A stretch of DNA of 64,000 nt, taken from the NCBI GenBank assembly GCA_963738315.1, contig CAVTVT010000003.1, forward strand, positions 103,253 through 167,252, written 5' to 3'. The translations under genes and the position numbers were made by a program. The notes beneath the pieces were generated by a model, which saw only the letters and a program-made list of their open reading frames with translations, was not told the origin of the DNA and did not search any database. This stretch comes from Vicinamibacterales bacterium (GTDB lineage: Bacteria > Acidobacteriota > Vicinamibacteria > Vicinamibacterales > JAMQPK01). Within the stretch, counting starts at the first letter, position 1; each line of letters starts with the position of its first letter. Positions 1 to 9,152 of the stretch are shown here, one piece after another.

Positions 1-1971
1 AACAGGATGTCTGCAGGGGCCGCCGGCGGAAAGGCTGAAGAAGTCTCGGCGCGGCTCCGCAGGCTGCCGGAGCGCATTTCGACCTTGGCACCGATGGCGC
101 TCCGGTTGCTTGCCCGCGGCTCGAGCCCGACGCGCAGCGAGTTGAGCGCAGCGGACGCATTGTTCCGCCAGACGCGCAGGCGCCCGGACGCCAGCGTGAC
201 GACCAGATCCTCGTCGCCGTCGAGATCCGAGATCGCCGGCCGACATCGTCACGGGAGCGTCACCGCCGGCGGGCCGCAGGGAGCCGGGGAAGGCCTGCGC
301 CGAGACGTCGGACCACGCGTTGCCGAGATTCCGCCAGAGCCTCGCCCCCGCCGGGGTGAGCGCGACCAGGTCGAGCAGACCATCGCGATCGGTGTCCACG
401 AACTGAACGGCCGTCGCCGAGGCCGCGCCGGCCGCTCCGCGCGATACGACAAACGTTCCACGCCCGGAGCTCATCGCGAACATGCCGTCGCCAGAGAAGC
501 TGGCAAAGAAGAAATCAGAGAAACCGTCCTTGTTCACGTCGCCTGCGGCGACGGCGGTGATTGCGGGTCCGGCTGGCAGCCCGACCTGGGCCGCGGCGTC
601 CCTGAACGTGCCGTCGCGCATGTTGCTGAAGAGCGAGAGTCCCGCGCCGGCCAGCAGCAGGTCGATGTCGCGATGGTTGTCGAAGTCGGTCGGGACGATG
701 GCAATTGCGGACGGGGCGCCGGAGAGGCCCGCTGCGGATGTGATGTCGGTGAAGGATCCGTTCCCGTTGTTGCGCAGGAGCCGCGCCGGGGGGGCCATGA
801 CGATGTCCAGGTCCCCGTCGTGATCGACGTCGGCAAACGCAGCCGTGCGGGCCGGAGCAGCGCCCTCCGGCGTCTGCAGCGCCGGTGGAAGCGGCGTTCG
901 CGAGAACGCGCCGCCCACCTGCTGGCGCAGCAGCGCACCGCCCCCTCTCGTGAGCGCGAACAAATCGGGCTTCCCGTCGTTGTCGTAGTCTCCTGCGATG
1001 ACGGCCGTCGCGGCTCGGACCGCCGTGTCGACATCCCGTGCGCCGGAGAACCGTCCCCGGGTGTTCGACGACAGGTGCACACCGGTCGACGTTGCCACGA
1101 CGAGATCGAGGTAGCCGTCGCCGTCCATATCGAAGAGCGTGGCGCTTCCGCGCGTCTGATCTTCGCCGAGCATGGCGCTCGTGGCATCTTCGAACGATGC
1201 CGCGGCGGCCGGCGATCGATCGACCAGCGGCTCCTCGAGTCCGGTCGACGACACGGCTTCGCCATATCGTCCCTGCTCCAGGTAGTTCGCCGAGTACGTG
1301 ATCGCGGCCGGGTTGTCGCGCAAGGCCTGAAAGCGCGCCATCGCCGCCTCGCCTTCCGGGCGGCGTCCGGCGCGCAGCAGCGCCGTGGCGAGGCCATAGG
1401 CCGCCGTCGCGTTCATCGGCTCGCGGCTGATGGCCGCCTGGAACAGCGCGGCGGCCTCGGTGTACTGCCGGTCGGCGAGCCGGATCTGCCCGAGGAGCAC
1501 GCGGCTGCCGACGTCGTCGGGATCGAGCTCGAGCACCCGTTGAAAGGCGCTCGCGGCAGCCTCGGGCCGGTTCGCCGCGCGGGCTGTCAGCCCTGCGACG
1601 TAGTGCGCCTGGGGCGACGAGGGTGTGCGCGCCGTGGCCTGACCCGCCTCGCGCTCCGAGCCCGTCAGATCTCCCGCGTACAACAGCGCGATGGCGAGGT
1701 TCAGCCGCGCCATGTCCAGAGTGGGATCAGCCGAGAGGCTTTGCCGAAATGCCTCGGCCGCCCGATCGAACTCGAACCGCTCCAGGTACGCCACGCCGAT
1801 GTTGTTCTGGCCATAGGCGTCTTCGATGGATTGCGGTCTCTGGCCGTGCAGCACCGCGAAGGCGAGCAGCGCCGGCAGAATGAGGCGGCAGCGCCTCCAC
1901 CACGTCGTAGAGGCGCGGGCCGGCCGGAAGCGCATACCGGATTCGCCGGGAGGATCGCACGTGCCGTTCAT
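1..1971 (-). pseudogene. TPR + FG-GAP/VCBS + UnbV/ASPIC (CRTAC1-like) secreted protein, C-terminus outside window; frame interrupted by a 7-bp tandem duplication at 221-234
   Basis: The coding frame is absent from the ORF track because it has no stop inside the window. Manual minus-strand translation from ATG 1971 (ATGA overlap with upstream stop; alternative ATG 1935) gives MRFRPARASTTWWRRCRLILPALLAFAVLHG (signal-like) and TPR-like YGQNNIGVAYLERFEFDRAAEAFRQSL. FG-GAP motifs follow: FDMDGDGYLDLVV, FADVDHDGDLDIV, DVNKDGFSDFFF. Below 221 the sense frame changes and reads LDGDEDLVVT..LRVGLEPRASNRSAIGAKVE (UnbV/ASPIC-like). Confidence 0.75.
221..234. repeat. Perfect 7-bp tandem duplication CGAGATC-CGAGATC inside an FG-GAP motif
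   Basis: Plus strand 221-227 and 228-234 are both CGAGATC. Removing one copy restores AGDLDGDEDLVVT in the upstream reading frame. Confidence 0.85.
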
Positions 1972-3674
1972 CGTGCGGCCGTGCGGACGTACGGCGCGCG
2001 GCCGACGACGCCGCGTCCCTGCTCGATCTCGATCGTGGCGCCCGCCTGCTGGCTGCCGAGCCGCTCGATGCTGCCGGACGGCCACGTCACGTCTATCCCC
2101 TGTACGCTCCGGTCGGAGCCGAGGCCGAAGGTGAGGGGCAGTTCGCTCTGCGAGAGATAGCTCGACCCCGTCTTCACCATCTTCCACGCCGTTGCTCCGC
2201 CCGCCAGCCGTACCGTGACGCGCGCGCCGATCGCGTCGCGGTTGGACGCCGTCCCTCGCAGCGCGACGCGAAGCGACTGGTTCGCGCCGCCGTCGTTGCG
2301 GAGCAGTCGCGCCGGTCCGTTGTTGGTGGTGATCAGCAGGTCGGGGTCGCCGTCGCCGTCGTAGTCGCCGTAAGCCGCGCCCCGGGCGACCATCGGCTGC
2401 TGCAGCGCGGCGCCCGCCCTGGCGGTGGCTTCTTCGAAGCGCCGCCCGCCGAGATTATGGAAGAGGTGCGGCGGCTCCGCGTACGCCACACGCGGCTGCA
2501 CGCGCTGGATGTCGTCGGCCACGTGGCCGTTGGCGGTGAAGATGTCGGGCAGCCCGTCGAGATCGTAATCGAAGAAGAACGTGCCGAATCCGAGCGTCAG
2601 CATCGAGTTGCGGCCTATGGTCGAGGCCGGCGCTTCGTCGATGAACAGGCCGTTCCCCTCGTTCGTGTAGAGCGCGATCATCTCGTTGGAGAAGTTGCTG
2701 ATGAGCAGGCTCGGGCGGCCCGACCCATCGTAGTCCGCGGCGTCGGTGCCCATGCCGGCGCGCGCCACGCCGGCTTCATTGAAGGCCACGCCGGCGGTCA
2801 CGCCGACGTCGGCGAAGGTGCCGTCGCCGCGGTTGCGGTAGAGGCGGTTCGGTTGCGTGTCGTTGGCCACGAAGAGGTCGAGCCGGCCGTCGCCGTCGTA
2901 GTCGATCAGCGCGGCGCCGAGCGCCTTGGAAGTCGGATCGAGCAGCCCGGCGGCGCGCGTGACGTCCTCGAAGACCCCCGCTCCCTTGTTGTGGAACAGG
3001 ATCGGGCTCGACCCCTTGTACGACTCCGGCGTGCAGTACGATTTGCTTTTCCCGTCGAGCGTGCAGAAGAGGTCCTTCTCGATCGACCAGTCGACGTAGC
3101 GGCAGACGAACAGGTCGAGCCGGCCGTCGTTGTCGTAGTCGAACCAGACGGCACAGGTCGAAAAACCGCCCGCGCCGACTCCCGCACGGGCCGTCGCGTC
3201 TTCGAATCGTCCGCCGCCGAGCCCCCGGAAGAGACGGTTCCCCCCGAGCCCCGTGATGTAGATGTCGGCGCGGCCGTCGTTGTCGTAGTCGGCAGACGCG
3301 GCGCCGAGCCCGTACATGTCCACAGCGATGCCCGATCGTGCGGTGATGTCGGCGAACGTGCCGTCGTGATTGTTGCGGTAGAGCGCGTGCCGCGAGCGGC
3401 GAGCCGGCTGTCCCGGCCAGCTTCGGGCGTTGACCAGCAGGATGTCCTGCCATCGGTCGCCGTCGGCGTCCAGGAACGCGGCGCCCGATCCCATCGTCTC
3501 CGGCAGGTACTTCCTGCCGAACGCGCCGCTGTTGTGCCGAAAGGAGATCCCCGCGGCGTTGGTGACGTCGGTGAAGGTCGGCAGCCTGGACGCCGGAGCC
3601 TGCCCAATCGCTCCGGCGCCGGCGGCGGCCGCGAGCCCGGCCGTGACGAGCAGGAAGGCGCGCAGCCGGCTCAC
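1968..3674 (-). CDS. CRTAC1-family FG-GAP/VCBS repeat protein with C-terminal UnbV/ASPIC domain, secreted
   Basis: Intact 568-aa ORF (GTG start, GTGA overlap with upstream stop). Signal-like MSRLRAFLLVTAGLAAAAGAGA. Repeated motifs: FLDADGDRWQDILLVN, DYDNDGRADIYI, DYDNDGRLDLFV, DYDGDGRLDLFVAN, DYDLDGLPDIF, DYDGDGDPDLLI. C-terminal NRDAIGARVTV..SYLSQSELPLTFGLG. Confidence 0.9.
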   Translation of the reverse strand: MSRLRAFLLVTAGLAAAAGAGAIGQAPASRLPTFTDVTNAAGISFRHNSGAFGRKYLPETMGSGAAFLDADGDRWQDILLVNARSWPGQPARRSRHALYRNNHDGTFADITARSGIAVDMYGLGAASADYDNDGRADIYITGLGGNRLFRGLGGGRFEDATARAGVGAGGFSTCAVWFDYDNDGRLDLFVCRYVDWSIEKDLFCTLDGKSKSYCTPESYKGSSPILFHNKGAGVFEDVTRAAGLLDPTSKALGAALIDYDGDGRLDLFVANDTQPNRLYRNRGDGTFADVGVTAGVAFNEAGVARAGMGTDAADYDGSGRPSLLISNFSNEMIALYTNEGNGLFIDEAPASTIGRNSMLTLGFGTFFFDYDLDGLPDIFTANGHVADDIQRVQPRVAYAEPPHLFHNLGGRRFEEATARAGAALQQPMVARGAAYGDYDGDGDPDLLITTNNGPARLLRNDGGANQSLRVALRGTASNRDAIGARVTVRLAGGATAWKMVKTGSSYLSQSELPLTFGLGSDRSVQGIDVTWPSGSIERLGSQQAGATIEIEQGRGVVGRAPYVRTAAR

Positions 3675-6455
3675 GAGCCTGCCCCGTGCTCGTGGATGGA
3701 CTGCCGCTCGTTGTTGTCCTCGGGATGGAGCTGCCGGTAGGGCCCGGTGATCGCCTGCGACGACTCGTCCGCCTTGAAGCGCTCGTACAGCGTGCGTTCG
3801 CGCGCGGCGCGGGCCCCGTCGCCCAGCCCCTGGTAGCAGAGCATCAGGTTGTAGTGGGCCTGCAGATCTTCAGGGTCGATCTCGAGCACCTTTGCGAACT
3901 CGCGCACCGCCTCCCCGAAGCGCCGCTGCAGAAACAGCACGCGGCCGAGCTGGTTGAGCACCACGCGGTCGCGCGGGTACAAACCGGCCGCGGTCCGCAG
4001 GTGCTCGAGCGCCTCGTCGTAGCGGCCGTCCTCCTTCAGCAGGACACCCAGAAAGAAGTGTGTCTTGGCGAGCTTCGGATCCACCGTCAGCGCACGCCGC
4101 AGCACCTCTTCGGCACCCGCCACGTTGCCTTCCTGCAGGCGCGCGCGTCCGACGTTCACCCAGCCGTCGGCGTACTGCGGCTCCATGTGCGTGACCTTCT
4201 CGAAGGCCGCCTCGGCGCCCTTGAGGTCGCCCTGCAGCAGCAGGCCGATGCCGTAGTCGTTCCATCGCTCGCGCACCGAGCGATCGAGGAACGGCCGCAT
4301 CGGCGGAGCCGGGGCACCGGAGGCGATCACGCTCAGCGTGGCCGTCGCTTCGGCCATGACCGTCGTCGGCAGGTCGGGGATGCGCTTCATCGGTCCCGAC
4401 ACCGTGCTGGTGTCGCCCCGGAAGACCCACTTGCCGTCGTCGAAATCGGGTGTGGGGGTGTAGCGCGCCTCGGCCGGATCCCTCACGCCGGCGAACGCCC
4501 ATTGCGTGTTCCACCACGCGAACTTCCGATAGTTCACCTTCGCTTTCAGGAAGATGCGGTCGCCCGCATCGGGCGGAATGCGCAGCCGGTAGTGCACCGT
4601 ATCCGCGGCGCCCGGCGGAATCAGGCGGACGTACGCAACCGACCGCGCCGCCCAGGCATTGCGCTTGTTGATGGGGTTGCCGTGTGCGTCCAGGAGCAGG
4701 CTCCTGTAGAAGTGCGCGCCCGGATCGACGGGGCCGCTCCCGCCGTCGGCCACGCCTCCGCTGTGCAGGATCGTGCGCCCGCGATCGTCGGTGGCTTCGA
4801 GCTCGATCCAGACGTCGAACGCGTCCACCGTGCCGCCCGGAAAGAAGTGCCCGACCTTGCGCGTCCGGACGACCACCTCCACGCGCGCCGAATCGCCGCG
4901 GCGCACCCACGCCTCTGCTTTCCCGAGCGGCCCGATCACGTCGGCTGCCGGCGGCAGAGCGCCGGAGCGCGGCGCTGCCCCGAAGCTCATCGATTCTTCT
5001 CCGACCGCGAACGTGCTCGAGAGCTGCGGCTCGGATGCGGCGCCTCGAGCGCCATCGGCCGGTGCCGAGGGCTCGACGGCGCCGCCCGGCACGAGACCGA
5101 AGATGTCAATCGACACCTGTCCATCTCGCAGGAACTTCTGCACGGCTTCGAGCTGCTCGCGATCGCCGTTCACGTAGGGGAGGGCGGTGTTGGCAGCCGC
5201 GAATCGGTGCGACCGCACCATGCCGTTTCTGGCCGCGGGGTCGTTCGCGGCCACGAGCGGCATGTGGCAGTCGGAGCACTTTTGCGGCTTCGGCGGATAG
5301 TAGAACGATCGTGCGCCCTCGCCGGACACGCCCGAGGCCTGCCAGTTGTCGTAGTCGTTGAAGCCCCGGATCCATCTGTACCCGTTCACGGGCAGGTCGA
5401 GGTGCACCTTGTGGCACGTCGAGCAGAATTCGGGGGTCTGATCGGTGTGGAACGGCTTCAGGAACGTCTCGCGATGGGGCTGGGGATCCATGTAGAGCAG
5501 CCGATCGTGCGCAAATCCCAGCAGTGGATTGCGGCTCGTCGCCAGGTCGTGCAGCGGCGGGTACTCCACGATGAAGTGTGCCTGACCCATCGTGCTCTTC
5601 ACGTGGGTGACGGCGTGGCAGGACGTGCACGCGAGACCGGCCTGCGCTTCGGGCGTGTCGATCTGTTGGCGGATCGGGCGATCGAAGCGGCCGTTGAAGA
5701 ACACCGCATGATCGTGACAGCCGGCGCACCACTTGGACGGCCGCGTGCCGACGACGTCCTGCATGTACTCGATCGATTTGCGGTACCACTGGTTGTTGAA
5801 GGAAGAGAAATGGTGCGCCGAGGAGCGCCATTGCTCGTAGATCTCGCGATGGCAGCGCGCGCACGACGGGCTCGACAGGAAGAAGTCGGCGGGAATCGTG
5901 CCGTTCACAGACGTATTTGCGGATGAAGGTGAGAACGGGCTCCCGGCGCCCGCACCTTCTTCGTCCATGGTCGTGGGCACCGCGGCGGGATTGGTCACCT
6001 GGAACGCGATACGCCTCGCCCCGTCCCGGCCAAGCGCCGCGCCGGCGGCCAGCGAGCCGGCCAGCACCGCGAGCGCCACTGCCGCGGCGGCCCAGACGCG
6101 TGCTCTGGCCGATCGGGCTCGCAGCGCGGGCCCGAAGATCCAGACGACGATGCCCGCCGAGGCCAGCACGGACGTTCCGATGTGCAGCTGCAGCAGCCAC
6201 CTGAAGCGCAGGGTTGCGCCGATGACGGCCAGCGCAAGTCCCGAGACGGCTGCAGCCCCGCACAGCGCCAGCAGCACGGGACGGCGGCGGAGGGATCCAG
6301 CGCCGGCGCCGGCGAGCGCCAGGCCGAGTACCGACGTGCAGCGCTACGTTGGCGTAATAGAAGATCGTCGGGCTCGCCGTCGCGGCCAGATAGATGCTGT
6401 TTGCCAGGAGAGACGCGAAACCGGCGACGAGCAGATCGTGCTTCCGGATGCTCAT
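3671..6455 (-). pseudogene. Membrane-anchored pentahaem c-type cytochrome fused to C-terminal TPR repeats (one frame break near 6322-6326 in the N-terminal membrane segment)
   Basis: ORF 3671..6277 (868 aa) plus an upstream segment MSIRKHDLLVAGFASLLANSIYLAATASPTIFYYANVALHVG in another frame (ATG 6455, TGATG overlap with upstream stop). Several hydrophobic helices before residue ~90 of the ORF. Five CxxCH sites: CARCH, CAGCH, CTSCH, CSTCH, CSDCH. C-terminal TPR-like helices (AEAAFEKVTHMEPQYADGWVNVGRARLQEGN.., AKTHFFLGVLLKEDGRYDEALEHL.., LQAHYNLMLCYQGLGD). Confidence 0.85.
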
Positions 6456-8219
6456 CAGAACCTCGAGCCCGTGCCCTGCCGGATCGTGACGATGCGGTTG
6501 ACGGCGCCGCCGGAAAACCGCTCTCTGGCGCCCCCTGGCCACGTCACTTCGATTGAGTCGTAGCTGGCGGCGTCGCCCAGGCCGAAGTGCATCCGCACGT
6601 CGTTCTGCGACAGGTAGCTCGACTCGTTCTCCACCTCGTCGTAGTACCGAGCGTCCCCCGGCCTGCAGCCGCACGCGGGCGCCGATGGCATCGATTCCCG
6701 ACGTCGTGCCGACGCACTGCACCAGCAGCCAGTTCCTGCGCGGGCCGAAGTTCTTCAACAGCGAGGGGCGCGCGCCCATGTTGCTGATGACCACCTCGAG
6801 CGAGCCGTCATCGTCCAGATCGCCCGCCGCGGAGCCGCGCGACGACCAGGGCGCCGTGATACCTGCTCCGGCGGCCGCCGAGATGTCCTTGAAGCGCCCG
6901 CCGCCGACGTTCCAGTAGAGCAGGCGCGGCTGGCGGAAGTGAATCTCCGGACTGCGCTCCACCTCGGGATAGACATGTCCGTTCACCAGCAGCAGGTCGC
7001 GGCGGCCGTCGTGATCCACGTCGAGGAAGTGAACGCCCCAGCCCACGTACTCCATGTAGGCGCCGAGCCCGGATCGGAGCACCCGATCCTCGAAGGTGCC
7101 GTCGCCGTTGTTGTGGTACAGGTTCGGGATGTCGTCGCTGAAGTTCGTCTTGACGATGTCGAAGTTCCCGTCGTCGTCGTAGTCGGCGACGGCCACGCCC
7201 ATGCCCCCCTGTTCCTGTCCGTCCTCGTTCAGCGCGACGCCCGACAGCAGGCCAATCTCGCGGAACGTGCCGTTCTTCTCGTTGTGATAGAGCAGGCTTG
7301 GCGTGGAATCGCACGCGACGTACAGATCGGGATAGCCGTCGCCGTCGAAGTCGGAGGCGACGACCGTGAACCCGTAGCAGCCCTTCGTCCGGCCTATCCC
7401 GCTGGCCGCTGAGACGTCCGTGAAGCGCCCGCCGCCCTCGTTGTGAAAGAGGTAGTTGTGCGCGAAGGGGAGGCCGCGCGGACCGCACATCACGGGCATG
7501 CCCTTCCAGAGGCAATAGCTGCCGCTGCCGGCCGCCGGCACCCTGGCGCGATCGAATTCGAGATAGTTCGTCACGACGAGGTCGAGGCGGCCGTCGCGGT
7601 CGTAGTCGAAGAACGAGCATCCGCTGTCCCAGCGCGTCGCCGGGGACGCCAGTCCCGCCGCAGCGGTCGCGTCGCGAAACGTGCCGTTCCGCTCGTTGTG
7701 GTAGAGGACGCTCTGCCCGTAGTAGGTGACGAACAGGTCGCGATACCCGTCGCCGTCGTAGTCGGCGGCGCAGGGCGCCTGGCCCCAGCCGGTGTGCGCG
7801 AGCCCGGCGTCGACCGTCACGTCCTTGAACTGGAGACGGCCGAGATTGCGATAGAGATGTCCGGTGGCGGTGCGGCCGGCGCCTTCGCCGTCGAGCGTGG
7901 TACCGTTTGCGATGTAGATATCGGGAAGGCCGTCGTTGTCGGCGTCGAAGATCGCGACGCCGCCGCCGGTGGTCTCGAGGATGTACTTCTTCGAATCGGC
8001 GCCGCCGGTGACGTTGACGGCGTCGAGGCCCGCCGATTCCGCGAGGTCGCGGAAGTCGACGGCGATCGGCGGCAGATCGGTCTCGATGGGTTTGCCGCGC
8101 CTGACGGTCGGAGTGCTGCGGCCCATCCCCTGGAAGGCATCGGCGGCCATCCACGACAGCATCATGACGAGCGCCATTGCGACCGGCGTGGCCGCCAGCG
8201 ATCCGGGGACGTGCTTCAT
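6455..8219 (-). pseudogene. CRTAC1-family FG-GAP/VCBS repeat protein with UnbV/ASPIC C-terminus (one frame break at the C5 run 6654-6658)
   Basis: Starts MKHVPGSLAATPVAMALVMMLSWMAADA (ATG 8219), within track ORF 5106..8438. Motifs: FDADNDGLPDIYIAN, DYDGDGYRDLFVT, DYDRDGRLDLVVTN, DFDGDGYPDLYVA, DYDDDGNFDIV, DVDHDGRRDLLLVN, DLDDDGSLEVVI. The C-terminal part YYDEVENESSYLSQNDVRMHFGLG..VTWPGG lies in ORF 6455..6691. Dropping one C/G at 6654-6658 joins ..RVRLQAG to DARYYDEV. Confidence 0.88.
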
Positions 8220-8227
8220 GCGGGGTG

Positions 8228-8926
8228 CTACCCGGCTGCGTCTTTCGGGGTCCTGCTGCGATCGAGATCGTCCATGTAGGAGGCGCAGGCCCGGCGGTTG
8301 TGCTGCCGCACCACGTGCTCGAGCTTCGGCAGATCCGCGGCCCGCATCGCCCGAATCATCTCGTGATGCTCCTGCTGGGCGTCGTTGAAGCGGTGCGTCC
8401 GGACGCCGCGGAAGAAGTACCGCTGGACGCGCTCCCACCGCGACAGCACGCGCTCGGTCATCTCGGCCAGCATCGGCAGGCCGGGCATGCCGGCGATGGT
8501 GCGGTGGAACCGCCGGTTCAGATCGGCCCAGTCGGACTGCCGTTCCTGTTCGAGGGCGCGGTCCATGTCGCCCACCAGGTTCGCGAGCTGATCGAGCTCG
8601 CGGGGGTTGCCCCGTTCGGCGACGAGGCGCGAGGCGACGACCTCGAGCCCTTCGAGGACGGAGAAGACGTCCTGGATGGACTCCGGCGACACCGGGGCGA
8701 CGGTCACCCCGGTGTGCGGCACGGTCACGACGAGCCCTTCGGACTGGAGCATTTGAATCGCTTCGCGCACCGGAATGGTGCTCACGTTCAGGCGCCGCGC
8801 GAGGTTATCGATGACGAGGCGCTCGTTGGGGCGCAGCTCGCATCGCATGATGGCGTCGCGCAGGGTCTGATACGCGAACTCCTGTTTGGTCCGGTGCCGG
8901 GCATCCCGCACAGCAGCAAATGTCAT
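8228..8926 (-). CDS. GntR-family transcriptional regulator (FadR/FCD-type C-terminal domain)
   Basis: Intact 232-aa ORF. Winged-helix region YQTLRDAIMRCELRPNERLVIDNLARRLNVSTIPVREAIQMLQSEGLV. All-helical C-terminal domain. First gene of the minus-strand string, 8 nt upstream of the next start. Confidence 0.9.
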   Translation of the reverse strand: MTFAAVRDARHRTKQEFAYQTLRDAIMRCELRPNERLVIDNLARRLNVSTIPVREAIQMLQSEGLVVTVPHTGVTVAPVSPESIQDVFSVLEGLEVVASRLVAERGNPRELDQLANLVGDMDRALEQERQSDWADLNRRFHRTIAGMPGLPMLAEMTERVLSRWERVQRYFFRGVRTHRFNDAQQEHHEMIRAMRAADLPKLEHVVRQHNRRACASYMDDLDRSRTPKDAAG

Positions 8927-8960
8927 CGGTTGTTGGCTTTACGCGCCCAGATAATACTAC

Positions 8961-8992
8961 TTGACAGCCCGACGACAGTATATATGATATAC
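8961..8992 (+). promoter_or_regulatory. Candidate sigma70-type promoter with overlapping palindromic operator (possible GntR site) in the divergent control region
   Basis: TTGACA (8961-8966), 16 nt spacer, TATGAT (8983-8988) on the + strand, about 165 nt upstream of ATG 9153. A perfect inverted repeat GTATAT-atg-ATATAC (8978-8992) overlaps the -10. It sits in an unusually AT-rich island within GC-rich DNA. Confidence 0.45.
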
Positions 8993-9152
8993 GCCGTTGC
9001 AATAATGTGTTTACATTAGGCAGGGTCATGCCGGTCGCCGTGGACACAACCGCTCTCGTTCAGCTCCCCTGGGTCTCGCTGTCCGTCCTCTTGCTCACAG
9101 CGTCATTCCGTCACAGCTTCATTTCGCCTCTTCTTCCCGACGGAGAACGATC

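Noticed and set aside
7-2160. 717-aa plus-strand ORF, the longest ORF at the left end
   Set aside because: It is antisense shadow of the minus-strand TPR/FG-GAP gene and of the 3' end of the next gene. It has Arg/Gly/Ala-rich low-complexity composition and no motifs, while the opposite strand carries clear FG-GAP and TPR motifs. Long open antisense frames are expected at this GC content.
5106-8438. 1110-aa minus-strand ORF that looks like one giant protein
   Set aside because: It is a chimera. Only residues from MKHVPGSL.. to ..RVRLQAG (8219 to about 6660) are genuine (CRTAC1-like). The first 73 residues are upstream read-through. Everything after about 6660 is out-of-frame read-through into the cytochrome gene, apart from a short stretch at the cytochrome N-terminus (MSIRKH.., roughly 6455-6330) where this frame is the sense frame.
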